From positions 18,377-82,376 of the IMG/VR virus record IMGVR_UViG_3300037104_000592: DNA of 64,000 bases; one strand, given 5' to 3'. Within the stretch, counting starts at the first letter, position 1. The number at the start of each line of letters is the position of its first letter. Position numbers and translations under genes: made by a program. Positions 20,299-29,992 of this stretch are shown here, one piece after another. Source of the stretch: a virus. The notes below the pieces were generated by a model. The model was not told where the DNA came from. It searched no databases and saw nothing but the letters and a program-made list of their open reading frames with translations.

Positions 20299-21726
20299 AT
20301 GTCTCAAGATAAAATAATAAGAAACTCAGGAATTGTTATACCAAAATCAGTTGTTGGTGCAGATCAGATAACTTACATAAAAGATTTTCTGACTAGAATA
20401 GTTCCTTCATATCAAAACTCTCCACCAGTAAGATTGAAATTTTATTTGGAAAACGATGAAGCTATTAAAGTTCCTAGATATTTTCCAATACAACATTTTA
20501 CAGATTCAGAAGTTATTGATATTAGAAAAGAAGGACAGGATATAGATATAAAACATAATATTGTATTAAGAGATGATTTACAGAAAAATGTTGTAAACTA
20601 TATGTTAAATAATACTAATGGAATTGTTCGTGCTGCACCGGGTTCTGGGAAGACGATTATTGGGGTTTTTGTTGTTTCTGAGTTACGAAAAAAAACAATA
20701 ATATTAACTCACCGTGATAATTTAGTGAATCAATGGATTGGACCAGGAACTAAAGAAAAAACTCAAGGATTTCTTGGATTTACAAATATTTCTTCTGATG
20801 AAATAGTTAGATTAACTTCATCTAACTTTAATGAATGTTTGAAAAAATCAATTATAGTATCTACAACACAAACTATTTTATCTTTACTAAAGAGAAATAG
20901 AGATGAATTTCTTTACGAATTAGCAAATAGTGGTATTGGAATATTAATTTCGGATGAAGCGCATGTTGTAACAGGAGCTCCAACATTTTCTGAATGTTCG
21001 TTACATATCCCTGCATATAGAACTTATGGACTCAGTGCAACGCCATCACGACATGATGGAACGGAAGATGTAATGGAATATCATCTTGGTCCAATTTATT
21101 CACCAGAGGGTGCTGCATCGGTTATGAATGGTCGTGTTGTAGTTGTTCTATTTGATTCTGGTCTTCTTCCAAAAAGCACAGCGTATATTTATTGGGGTGG
21201 AATGTTTCAGAGATCAAGGTATTTATCTATTCTTAAAAAATCAAAAATATTTATGAACATTTGTGAAACACTACTAAATAAATTTTATAAAGAAGGTCGA
21301 GATATTTTATTTGTTGGGGAAAGAATAAAATTATTAGAAGAACTTTTTAAAAGAATTAAATCTAATGATAAAGGATTATTTATTGGAAGTGCTAAATTAG
21401 ATATGATTGAAAATAAAGTTACTTTTTCAACTCCTAATAAATGTCGAGATGGTATCGACCTCGTGAGTAAGAATTTAGTTATAATGTCAAGTCCTATAGG
21501 TAATGTTGAACAAATGACAGGTAGAGTTTTAAGAATACAAGAAGGAAAACTTGAACCTATAATAATTGATATGGTTGATATAAATATTCATGAAATCAGT
21601 GGAACTTTAAATAAAAGATTGGATTTTTATAAAACAAAAAACTGGGATATTAAATATATCTTAGTATCAAGTGATGGAAACAAGAGAGAAATATCTAGTG
21701 ACGAACTAGAAACAATTTTAAAATAA
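20299..21726 (+). CDS. superfamily 2 helicase (UvsW/ResIII-like)
   Basis: APGSGKT, DEAH, GLSATP, QMTGRVLR. Confidence 0.9.
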   Translation: MSQDKIIRNSGIVIPKSVVGADQITYIKDFLTRIVPSYQNSPPVRLKFYLENDEAIKVPRYFPIQHFTDSEVIDIRKEGQDIDIKHNIVLRDDLQKNVVNYMLNNTNGIVRAAPGSGKTIIGVFVVSELRKKTIILTHRDNLVNQWIGPGTKEKTQGFLGFTNISSDEIVRLTSSNFNECLKKSIIVSTTQTILSLLKRNRDEFLYELANSGIGILISDEAHVVTGAPTFSECSLHIPAYRTYGLSATPSRHDGTEDVMEYHLGPIYSPEGAASVMNGRVVVVLFDSGLLPKSTAYIYWGGMFQRSRYLSILKKSKIFMNICETLLNKFYKEGRDILFVGERIKLLEELFKRIKSNDKGLFIGSAKLDMIENKVTFSTPNKCRDGIDLVSKNLVIMSSPIGNVEQMTGRVLRIQEGKLEPIIIDMVDINIHEISGTLNKRLDFYKTKNWDIKYILVSSDGNKREISSDELETILK

Positions 21727-21729
21727 TCT

Positions 21730-21738
21730 AGAACAAAC
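21730..21738 (+). promoter_or_regulatory. candidate phage promoter motif AGAACAAA (copy 1)
   Basis: Intergenic, upstream of AGGAGG RBS; recurs at 35852 and 61311. Confidence 0.4.
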
Positions 21739-21784
21739 AAATATATACATATATTTAAATAAATATATTTAGGAGGACTAGATT

Positions 21785-21922
21785 ATGCAGATTTTTACGA
21801 ATAATATTGATGCGGATGTTTATGACCAGATTAAAATTTTAGCAATCAAAAGAAAGAAGAAAATATCTGAAATTATATCAGAAGCGCTTGTTGATATTTT
21901 GAGGAAATACGAAAATGAGTGA
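21785..21922 (+). CDS. ribbon-helix-helix DNA-binding protein (45 aa, not in ORF track)
   Basis: AGGAGG RBS; MQIFTNNIDADVYDQIKILAIKRKKKISEIISEALVDILRKYENE fits RHH beta-alpha-alpha pattern. Confidence 0.7.
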   Translation: MQIFTNNIDADVYDQIKILAIKRKKKISEIISEALVDILRKYENE

Positions 21923-22733
21923 ATATAATCTTTGTAGTTATGGTTGTGGAAACATAGCAACATTTCAATTTAAAAATGGTAAATGGTGCTGTTGTAAAAA
22001 TTTTAATTCTTGTCCTAATCAAATTATAAAAACTAAAGAAAAAACATACGAGAAAATATATGGTATTGAAAAAGCTGCTGAATTAATAAACTTAAGACGA
22101 AAAGCATTTGAAGGGGATAAAAATCCATCTAAAAAACTAGAAGCAAGAATAAAAATGTCAAAAAAATTAAAAGGAAAAAAATGTTGGTGTAAGGGACTAA
22201 CAAAAGAAACTAATTTATCTTTAAAAGCATCTAGCGAAAAAATGAAAAAAACTCCAAAAACAAAAGAACATAATCAAAAAAATTCAATTTCTCATAAAGG
22301 AAAAACTCCTTGGAATAAAGGGTTAACAAAAGAAACAAATTTATCTTTAAAATTAATGAGTGAAAAATTGAAAGGAAGGAAAAGACCAGATGCATCATTG
22401 TATATGATAAATGGCGGATCTTGTCATGCATCATCTTTTATTAAAAACCCATCCAAACCTCAAGTTTCTTTATATAATTTAACTAAAGAGATTTTTCCTG
22501 AAGCTATTTTGAATTATCCTGTTGAAGAAGTAAATAAAAATTTAGATATAGCAATTCCTTCTTTAATGATTGCAATTGAATATGATGGGTCATATTGGCA
22601 CAAAAATAAAGAGGATGATGATAAAAGACAAAAACTTCTAGAAAGTTTTGGTTGGAAATTTATAAGATATAGAGATCGTATCCCATCGTCAGATGGTTTA
22701 TTAAAGGATATTCAAATAATAAGAGGTGAATAA
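21915..22733 (+). CDS. homing endonuclease, NUMOD3 repeats + Vsr/DUF559-like PD-(D/E)XK domain
   Basis: CSYGCG..NGKWCC; repeated W.KGLTKETNLSLK; LDIAIP..IAIEYDGSYWH...D..RQ..L...GW. Confidence 0.8.
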   Translation: MSEYNLCSYGCGNIATFQFKNGKWCCCKNFNSCPNQIIKTKEKTYEKIYGIEKAAELINLRRKAFEGDKNPSKKLEARIKMSKKLKGKKCWCKGLTKETNLSLKASSEKMKKTPKTKEHNQKNSISHKGKTPWNKGLTKETNLSLKLMSEKLKGRKRPDASLYMINGGSCHASSFIKNPSKPQVSLYNLTKEIFPEAILNYPVEEVNKNLDIAIPSLMIAIEYDGSYWHKNKEDDDKRQKLLESFGWKFIRYRDRIPSSDGLLKDIQIIRGE

Positions 22734-23077
22734 TGAAATTTAAGAGAGATTTTATAACAAATAGTTCATCAACTTCTTTTGTATTAGCAGGATTTAATAT
22801 TTCAGAAGAAGGTCATAGTTATGAAGAAGTAGAACGAAAAATACATGAGTTTGAAAAACATAGAGAAAAATCATATTATTATGGATTTGGACTTGAAGGT
22901 GGTGCTGATACCAATGATAATCTAATTATAGGTAGAATTCTTATTGATATTGATACTTATCAAGAATATGAAGAAATAGATTTTAATACTGATATTAGTG
23001 ATGTTATTGAACTTGCGAAAGAGTTTGGAGTCAATAAAAAAGATATTAAGTTTATTGTTTCTACTAGACAATCGTAA
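22733..23077 (+). CDS. NSSSTSF-motif family protein (copy 1)
   Basis: MKFKRDFITNSSSTSF. Confidence 0.75.
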   Translation: MKFKRDFITNSSSTSFVLAGFNISEEGHSYEEVERKIHEFEKHREKSYYYGFGLEGGADTNDNLIIGRILIDIDTYQEYEEIDFNTDISDVIELAKEFGVNKKDIKFIVSTRQS

Positions 23078-23092
23078 TTAAAGGAATGAAAA

Positions 23093-24118
23093 ATGAAATT
23101 TTTATTTTCAGCTGACTTACATTTATCAGGTTATCTTCAAGATAAAGTCGTCAAAGAGTCTAATCTTCCTGAGAGATTAGACTCAATTAAAAATATAATG
23201 TATCAGATGTCCGACTATTGTAGGACTAATGATATAGATAAAATAATTTTAGGTGGAGATTTATTACATAACAAGTCAGTAATTTATACTGATGCTCAAA
23301 GTGTATTACTTAATTATTTTCGTAATAATAAAGATTTATATTTTTATGTAATAGATGGTAATCATGATTTGGGAAGTCGTGGTGAAAATCCAAATTCTGC
23401 TCTTGAATCTTTAGATTCTGAATCAAATGTTTATAGATTTAAACAATCTGGGTATCTTGAGAATAATAAAGAAATCTTTATTGTTCCTTATAGCACTAAA
23501 ATGACTACAGAAATTAAAGAGAATAGTTGTAAATATTTAATATCTCATTTCGGATTAAATGAAGCGTTTCTAAATTCTGGAATAAGTCTTGTGTCTGATT
23601 TAGGAATAAAAGATTTAAAAAATAAATATAAATTTGTGTTACTTGGACACTATCATTCTCCGCAAGAAGTTCCATCAGAAGAAATTGATATTTATTATGT
23701 GGGTTCTCCGATCCAGCGAGATTGGGGAGAAAAGAATGAAATCAAGAGGTTCCTGGTAGTTAATACAGAAAAAGATCAAATCGTAAGTATTCCTACAACT
23801 GGATATAAGAAGTATATAGAATTACAATTAACTAAGGAAAATAAAGATGAAATTGTAAATCAAGCAAATGAATATAAAGCAAATGGGCATGATGTTAAAC
23901 TTATCAAAAAAGAAATATTTGATACAGATGATATTTCACAAGATTTAAGGATTGTTGAAAAAATTGAAAAAGATATTACAAATCGTGGAATTGATTCATC
24001 TATGTCTATGGAAGAAAAGATCTTAAAATATCTTGAGATTAAAAATATTCCTAAAGATAAAATTGATAGATATAAAAAAATTGGAATTGAAATAGTATCA
24101 TCTATTTCAGGAGGATAA
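23093..24118 (+). CDS. Mre11/SbcD/gp47-like recombination nuclease
   Basis: DLH, GGDLLH, GNHD, SH, GHYH, YVGSP. Confidence 0.9.
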   Translation: MKFLFSADLHLSGYLQDKVVKESNLPERLDSIKNIMYQMSDYCRTNDIDKIILGGDLLHNKSVIYTDAQSVLLNYFRNNKDLYFYVIDGNHDLGSRGENPNSALESLDSESNVYRFKQSGYLENNKEIFIVPYSTKMTTEIKENSCKYLISHFGLNEAFLNSGISLVSDLGIKDLKNKYKFVLLGHYHSPQEVPSEEIDIYYVGSPIQRDWGEKNEIKRFLVVNTEKDQIVSIPTTGYKKYIELQLTKENKDEIVNQANEYKANGHDVKLIKKEIFDTDDISQDLRIVEKIEKDITNRGIDSSMSMEEKILKYLEIKNIPKDKIDRYKKIGIEIVSSISGG

Positions 24119-24119
24119 A

Positions 24120-24383
24120 ATGGACGAGAATGAAAGAAATCCTATTAATGTAAATGTTCTTTTTACTGATATACTTACTCTCTTATTAAATTTAGATAAT
24201 GGTGTAAATTTATCAATTTGTAAAAATATAGTTTCATGTGTTATGCATAATTTAACACCAGAAGATTTCAGTGAAGAAGTAAAATTACATTTTTATGGAA
24301 CTGCATATGGGGGTGATCTTAAAGTAGATTATCCAAAAGAATATGATAAATTATGTAAATTATTTGGGTGTCTTGCACTATGA
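24120..24383 (+). CDS. hypothetical protein
   Basis: GGAGGA RBS; lies between Mre11 and Rad50. Confidence 0.6.
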   Translation: MDENERNPINVNVLFTDILTLLLNLDNGVNLSICKNIVSCVMHNLTPEDFSEEVKLHFYGTAYGGDLKVDYPKEYDKLCKLFGCLAL

Positions 24384-26569
24384 GAACTGTAAACTTCAGA
24401 AAAGTAGTGATGGAAAATTTCTGTTGCTATAAGAATAGATTAGAATATGAGTTTAAGAATGATACAATAGTTTTAGTAACAGGTCCTAATGGTGTTGGAA
24501 AATCTACAATCTTTTCTGCTGTTCCTTATACTTTATATGGCGTTAGTCCTACAGGACTCAAGGGTGAAGATGTCGTAAATAATGAAGTAGGAAAAAATTG
24601 TTATACAGCATTAGAGTTTGATATTGATGAAGATAAATATCTTTGCGAAAGATATGTTAAAAACTCTAAATTAGGAAATACAGCAACTTTAAAAAAGAAT
24701 ACTGTTTTAATTAAAAAAGGTCATACAGAAGTTATTGCAGAAATTGAAAGAATTTTAATCCCCCAGAAACTATTCTTAAATACTCTTCTATTTGGTCAGA
24801 AAGTTAAAACATTCTTTACAGATCTTAATGACACAGATCAAAAAGATATTTTTAGAAAAGTTCTCCAACTTGATGATTATATTCTTTATTATGATGAATC
24901 TTCTGATAAATTGAAATCATTCAAAAAAGAATTAGATAAAACTAAAGCTGAGATTAATTTAACAGTTGGTTTAATTGAAGGAGTCAAAAATCAAATATCT
25001 CAACTAAAAGAATCTCAAACTAGATTTAAAGTATCTAAAAATACTGAAATAAAAAAATTAAAAGATGAAAAATTAGAAATAGAATCTCAAATAGATGAAA
25101 ACAATAAAATTCTGCTAGAGTTTGGAGATGAAGATTTAAACTCTAAATCTAAAGAGTTAAATGAAAACTATTTTCTATTAAAAAATTCAATTGATATTAT
25201 AAATAATGATCTTAAAAATTCTTTAAGTCAAGCATTATCTAAAAAAAATGAAAAAGAAAATGAAATCAAAAATGAATATTCTTTAAGAAATTCTGAATTA
25301 ACTTCAATAAAAGATTCTAATATTCACAAAGAATTTTCTGATTGTCAAGAAAAATTAAAAGATATAAAAATAGAGTTATCAAAAATAGAAACTAGTCTTG
25401 ATAATGTAAGAGAAGATCATAGATTAAAAACAATAGATTATGGGATGACTCTTGAAAAAATAAAAAAACTTCAAGATAATTTAAATTCTGACTTAGTAAT
25501 ATGTCCATTATGTAAACAAGAAATAGGAAAAGAAAATATTTCTCATTTACAAAAAGAATTAGAAGCAACCGAGCAATCTGCAACTTTTGTAAAAAATGCA
25601 ATTGATAAATTGAAAGAAAAAGGTATTGAGTTAAGAGATAAAATAACTATAATGAAGGAAGAAGTAAACGAGATTTCAAATACAAGTTCTTCAAAAACTA
25701 AAGAAATAGAAAAAGAATTCACAATCAATAGTAAAGAGAATAAAGATAAATATCTAGCAGTATTATCTAAAATAGATACAATATATAAAAATATGGTTTC
25801 TTCTATTGATGAAGAAGCAAAAAATAAATCAAAAGAAGTTAAAGATAAAATATCTAAAGTCGAATCTGAAAGAGATAATATTTTAAAAAAGATAACCGAA
25901 AAACAATTTTTTATAGAAGTTATCATATCCTTAAAGAACCAAGTTATTTATACAGAAAATTTGATAAAAAGTAAATCATCTGAAAAATTTGATGATTCTG
26001 TTTTGAAGAAATCAGAAGAAAAGTATATTGAGTTACAAGATAATTTATTTGATTTAGAAGGAGATGAAAGTGATCAAGAAGATCTAATTGAAATATATGA
26101 TTTTTGGAAAACTGGATATTCAATGTCTGGTATTCCTTCAATGCTTATAGATGAAGCAATTCCATTTATGAACGAAAAAATTGGATTTTATTTAGATCAA
26201 ATTGGTGGAAGATATATTGTCTCATTTGATACTCTAAATCAAAATAAAAGTGGAGATTTTAAAGATAAAATTTCTGTAAATGTTTATGATACAGTTACAA
26301 AAGCAAATACAAGAAAACAGTTCTCGGGTGGTCAAACCAGAATTGTTGATATCGCAACCATTTTAACTTTAAGAGATTTACAAAGTAATATTCAAGATAT
26401 GAGAACTAATATTATTATTCTTGATGAAATATTTGACTCTTTAGATTCAAAAAATATTGAATATGTATCAACTGTTTTAAGAAAAATGACGAAAGGAAAT
26501 TCAATAAATATCATTAGTCATACTCAAATTGATCAATTAGATGTTGATGATACATTGAGATTTCTATAG
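24380..26569 (+). CDS. Rad50/SbcC/gp46-like ABC ATPase
   Basis: GPNGVGKS, Q-loop FGQ, coiled coil with CPLC zinc hook, FSGGQ signature, ILDEIFDSLD, IISH. Confidence 0.93.
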   Translation: MRTVNFRKVVMENFCCYKNRLEYEFKNDTIVLVTGPNGVGKSTIFSAVPYTLYGVSPTGLKGEDVVNNEVGKNCYTALEFDIDEDKYLCERYVKNSKLGNTATLKKNTVLIKKGHTEVIAEIERILIPQKLFLNTLLFGQKVKTFFTDLNDTDQKDIFRKVLQLDDYILYYDESSDKLKSFKKELDKTKAEINLTVGLIEGVKNQISQLKESQTRFKVSKNTEIKKLKDEKLEIESQIDENNKILLEFGDEDLNSKSKELNENYFLLKNSIDIINNDLKNSLSQALSKKNEKENEIKNEYSLRNSELTSIKDSNIHKEFSDCQEKLKDIKIELSKIETSLDNVREDHRLKTIDYGMTLEKIKKLQDNLNSDLVICPLCKQEIGKENISHLQKELEATEQSATFVKNAIDKLKEKGIELRDKITIMKEEVNEISNTSSSKTKEIEKEFTINSKENKDKYLAVLSKIDTIYKNMVSSIDEEAKNKSKEVKDKISKVESERDNILKKITEKQFFIEVIISLKNQVIYTENLIKSKSSEKFDDSVLKKSEEKYIELQDNLFDLEGDESDQEDLIEIYDFWKTGYSMSGIPSMLIDEAIPFMNEKIGFYLDQIGGRYIVSFDTLNQNKSGDFKDKISVNVYDTVTKANTRKQFSGGQTRIVDIATILTLRDLQSNIQDMRTNIIILDEIFDSLDSKNIEYVSTVLRKMTKGNSINIISHTQIDQLDVDDTLRFL

Positions 26570-26577
26570 GTGACATA

Positions 26578-26928
26578 ATAAAAACTAAAAGCGATTTTAT
26601 AACCAATAGTAGTTCTACAAGTTTTATCCTTTCAAAAAGCAAAGATAAAGAAGTTGGAACTATTAAAATTAATTTTGAGGTAGATTTTAGAGACTTTAGA
26701 TCTAAAATTTTTAAAACTGAAGAAGAAATAATAGAATATTTTGGGAATGATCATCCTGAAATAAATGAAATGTTAGAAGAAATTAAATATGGAAGAGAAA
26801 TTGTAGTAATGAATTGTTATTCAGATAGTGATAATCCAATAGAGGTTGCTCTTTGTTTTGATGGAATAGATAATTTTAATTTTGAAGGTGATGATATAAA
26901 AGTAATTTGTGGCGAAGGTGGATATTAA
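26578..26928 (+). CDS. NSSSTSF-motif family protein (copy 2; apparent ATA start; missed by ORF track)
   Basis: ATA-KTKSDFITNSSSTSF...EGGY*, AGGTGA RBS, TAATG overlap with next gene. Confidence 0.7.
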   Translation: MKTKSDFITNSSSTSFILSKSKDKEVGTIKINFEVDFRDFRSKIFKTEEEIIEYFGNDHPEINEMLEEIKYGREIVVMNCYSDSDNPIEVALCFDGIDNFNFEGDDIKVICGEGGY

Positions 26929-27524
26929 TGAAAATTAAACAAGATTTTATAACTAATAGCAGTTCAACAAGCTTTACTTTAAGAGTATCTATAACATCTG
27001 AAATAGAATTATTAGATAAATTTGAAAAATTTGATGTGAAAAAATTAAAATTAAAAAACTTTAAATTTGAAAATTTAAAAGAATATAGTAATTCTGTATT
27101 TTTTGATCTAGCACTTAAAGAAAAAGAATATGATGATGAAGATGAAGTAGGAATGTTAAAATATATATCAGGTTGTCTTGAAGTAGGTAATACCTGTCAC
27201 CCAGATACTGATGAATTAATTGAATTAATATATGTAAATATACTTTTAAGATATTTTTGCTGTTGTTATAGTCCAAATACAGAAGAGGATTTAATTACCA
27301 TTTTTAAAAAAATAATCAAATCAATTGGTGGGAAAGTTAGATATCCATTTGGAATATTATTTACTCAAACACCAGATGCTGAGGGTGATGGGTATGGTGG
27401 AGATCCTCAAGGGTTATATACTAGTTATAAAGAACTATTTTTAGGAGAAGCTAAAGTAGGAAGAATTATTTTTATAAACGAAAGAGAAAGTCCAATAATA
27501 GAAACATCTAAAATAGGTGGGTAA
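26928..27524 (+). CDS. NSSSTSF-motif family protein (copy 3)
   Basis: MKIKQDFITNSSSTSF. Confidence 0.75.
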   Translation: MKIKQDFITNSSSTSFTLRVSITSEIELLDKFEKFDVKKLKLKNFKFENLKEYSNSVFFDLALKEKEYDDEDEVGMLKYISGCLEVGNTCHPDTDELIELIYVNILLRYFCCCYSPNTEEDLITIFKKIIKSIGGKVRYPFGILFTQTPDAEGDGYGGDPQGLYTSYKELFLGEAKVGRIIFINERESPIIETSKIGG

Positions 27525-27528
27525 ATAA

Positions 27529-27867
27529 ATGGGATATGTAAGAAGATCAGAAAGAATTAAACATTTGAAACAGTATAAAGATATTAGATTAATTTTTAAG
27601 AATTTATTTGATACTCCAAATTTTACAGATAATATTGTATATGGCGCAAGCTTTAAATGGTATTTTAATTCATTTTTAAGAAACAAATGGGGAAATGAAA
27701 AAAAAATAAAAGATAATGTTAAAAATTTTCTAGAAAATAATTTGCGAGGTATAGGGTTTATTTTTGAAGTTAAATTATTACCTCATCCTTGGGCATCAAG
27801 ATCAGGAATGTCTCCTAGTTTTAGAATTTTGACGAGGTTATATAATGGACCAAATTCAAATAGTTAG
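27529..27867 (+). CDS. hypothetical protein
   Basis: 112-aa ORF. Confidence 0.5.
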   Translation: MGYVRRSERIKHLKQYKDIRLIFKNLFDTPNFTDNIVYGASFKWYFNSFLRNKWGNEKKIKDNVKNFLENNLRGIGFIFEVKLLPHPWASRSGMSPSFRILTRLYNGPNSNS

Positions 27868-28870
27868 TTGGCTTCTTACACGAAGATGTAATCTTAGATG
27901 TTCATATTGTAGAATATCTAGAGATTATAAAGCACCTCCAGAATATAATTCAATGAAATATTTTCATCAATTAGAAATGAAAACGGAAGATATTTTAGAA
28001 ACATTAAGAAGATTAAAGCTTCATAATCCTAATGTTTTCCATATCTTTTACGGAGGAGAACCAACCCTTAGAACAGACTTATCAGAAATAATAGGATATT
28101 GTCATAAGGAATATATTAATTATACCATCATTTCAAATATGACTGATAGACCCAAAGAAGTAATTGATAACTTAATTAAAGAACACGGATTCCTTCAAGG
28201 ATTAACAGCGAGTATAGACCCTATTATCATGGAAGAATATTCAAATGAGGATAGATGGAGAAAAACTTGGGGAGGATATAGCTTAAGAAAATATAGAGGA
28301 AAAGTAAAGGATTTAGTTGCTGAGATAACTGTAAGTAATGATAATCTAAAGAATTTATATTCATTAGTTAGAAAATTAACAGATGATGGAATAAATTCTG
28401 ATATTACTTTTGTTGATATAGCTAAATCTCCATATTATGATTTCTCTAATGTTACAGATGATGATTTATTAGTTTATAAATCAGCCGAATTAAGAGATAT
28501 TATAAATAGAATAATTGGTGAAAAATTAGATGTTCATATGAGAGATATTCTTTTACCTGCTATTTATGATATTCTTCCTTCTGAATTAGATTGTAAGATT
28601 GAAGATGATGTTCATAATATAACAATTGATGCAGATGGAAGTATTCGATTATGTTTAAGAATTTGCGGAATTATAACTCCTGGATCTTTTAGGACTTCAA
28701 ACTTTTTAGATGAAAATGGAAAAATTCATGAAAGTTTAAAAGATGTATTAGGTCAAGATAAAAAAAGACTATGTCAAAAATGTAATTGGACCTGCCAGAT
28801 TATGAGTTCTTTATTATCAAAAAATGATGGAAATATTGAAAGTCTTCTTCATTCTGAAAGGAGATTATAA
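27845..28870 (+). CDS. radical SAM protein with C-terminal Cys cluster (SPASM/twitch-like)
   Basis: RCNLRCSYC, GGEP, IDADG..RLC, CQKCNWTC. Confidence 0.85.
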   Translation: MDQIQIVSWLLTRRCNLRCSYCRISRDYKAPPEYNSMKYFHQLEMKTEDILETLRRLKLHNPNVFHIFYGGEPTLRTDLSEIIGYCHKEYINYTIISNMTDRPKEVIDNLIKEHGFLQGLTASIDPIIMEEYSNEDRWRKTWGGYSLRKYRGKVKDLVAEITVSNDNLKNLYSLVRKLTDDGINSDITFVDIAKSPYYDFSNVTDDDLLVYKSAELRDIINRIIGEKLDVHMRDILLPAIYDILPSELDCKIEDDVHNITIDADGSIRLCLRICGIITPGSFRTSNFLDENGKIHESLKDVLGQDKKRLCQKCNWTCQIMSSLLSKNDGNIESLLHSERRL

Positions 28871-29092
28871 ATGAGTAATCCTGCTACAAGTTCAACATTA
28901 TTAGAGAAGTTACTTGGAATAGACAAAGATAGAAAAAATAAATATCTTTTAAAAGAAATTAATAAACTATTAAATGAAAATAAAAATATGAAAATAGCAA
29001 TAACTATGTTATTGAATGATCTTCCATCAAATAAAGATTGGTTAGATCCTGTTTTAGAAAAGCAACTAAAAGAATATAGACTGGGGAAATAA
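28871..29092 (+). CDS. hypothetical protein
   Basis: RBS, 73 aa. Confidence 0.55.
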   Translation: MSNPATSSTLLEKLLGIDKDRKNKYLLKEINKLLNENKNMKIAITMLLNDLPSNKDWLDPVLEKQLKEYRLGK

Positions 29093-29095
29093 TAA

Positions 29096-29434
29096 ATGGA
29101 AGAAAAGAAAAATCTAGATGAAATATCTTCTGCTATAGACTTTTTACAAAAAATAATTTTGGAGGATGTCATTTTTATAAAATTTAAGAAAAAAGATGGA
29201 AATGATAGAATTATGAAATGCACCTTAAATTTTTCTAGAATTCCAGAAGAATTGAGACCAAAAGGTGTTAATTTAAAAAATATTTTAAAGCAAATAAAGG
29301 AACATAAAATTCTTAAAGTTTTTGATCTTGAAAGTATGGGGTGGAGAAGCGCTCCATTTGATAGAACAGAATGGCTACAAACAATTGATAAAATCTATTC
29401 TATAAAGAAAGTTGAGGAGCTCTTTGAAAAGTGA
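29096..29434 (+). CDS. WYL_2 / Sm-like SH3 beta-barrel phage protein
   Basis: F.KKDG..R.MKCTL...VFDLE..GWRS pattern. Confidence 0.7.
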   Translation: MEEKKNLDEISSAIDFLQKIILEDVIFIKFKKKDGNDRIMKCTLNFSRIPEELRPKGVNLKNILKQIKEHKILKVFDLESMGWRSAPFDRTEWLQTIDKIYSIKKVEELFEK

Positions 29435-29616
29435 CAATTATAAAATATTTTACTTCAGCAGAATTAATAGTAGATCCAGCACAAGGAAAAATCTGGGTAA
29501 ATGCACCTAATTGTATTTTAAGAATTCAAGGACTAAAATTTAATAATGAAATAGAAAAGTTTTCAATGATTGACATAAATGGAAGTGATTCTTTTATGAT
29601 GGAAGGAGAGATATAA
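29431..29616 (+). CDS. hypothetical protein
   Basis: GTGA overlap. Confidence 0.55.
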   Translation: MTIIKYFTSAELIVDPAQGKIWVNAPNCILRIQGLKFNNEIEKFSMIDINGSDSFMMEGEI

Positions 29617-29617
29617 A

Positions 29618-29992
29618 ATGACAATGTTAGAAGAAATTCTAGAAAAAACAAAAACTTTACCCACTGATGATCAATTAAAACAAATTTGTGATCAAATACA
29701 AAAAGAAGAAGAAGAAAAATTTAGAGATTATTTAGGAGAGATGCCAAAAGGACCCAATATGTTTCTAGCAATTTGGGTTCCTGGAATTACAGGAAAAGAA
29801 TTATGTTATGTATGTTTAGAAAGAGAATTTCCTGGTAAATATTTAGTAACTCTTTGGTCTAAATTATCCGAAAAAAGTATAATAAAAAAGAAATCATTAA
29901 TAAGAACAAAAGTTTGGGAAGTTAAAGAAAGCGCTCCAAAAAAGATTTTAGAAGAATATGCTAAAATACTTAAGTTCATGAGAGGAAAATAA
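29618..29992 (+). CDS. hypothetical protein
   Basis: TAATG overlap with E2-like gene. Confidence 0.65.
   Translation: MTMLEEILEKTKTLPTDDQLKQICDQIQKEEEEKFRDYLGEMPKGPNMFLAIWVPGITGKELCYVCLEREFPGKYLVTLWSKLSEKSIIKKKSLIRTKVWEVKESAPKKILEEYAKILKFMRGK

Noticed and set aside
22190-22355. Direct repeat (aaggg.taacaaaagaaac.aatttatctttaaa) as a non-coding repeat element
   Set aside because: It is the duplicated KGLTKETNLSLK DNA-binding repeat inside the endonuclease.
23093-27524. Proteins ending in GG (Mre11 ...SISGG; 26928-27524 ...KIGG) as extra Ubls
   Set aside because: The Gly-Gly arises from the overlapping GGAGG/GGTGG RBS of the next gene, and the proteins show no beta-grasp pattern.
27845-28870. 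QueE
   Set aside because: Longer than QueE, has a SPASM/twitch-like Cys tail and lacks the N-terminal E.F.S.QGEG motif.
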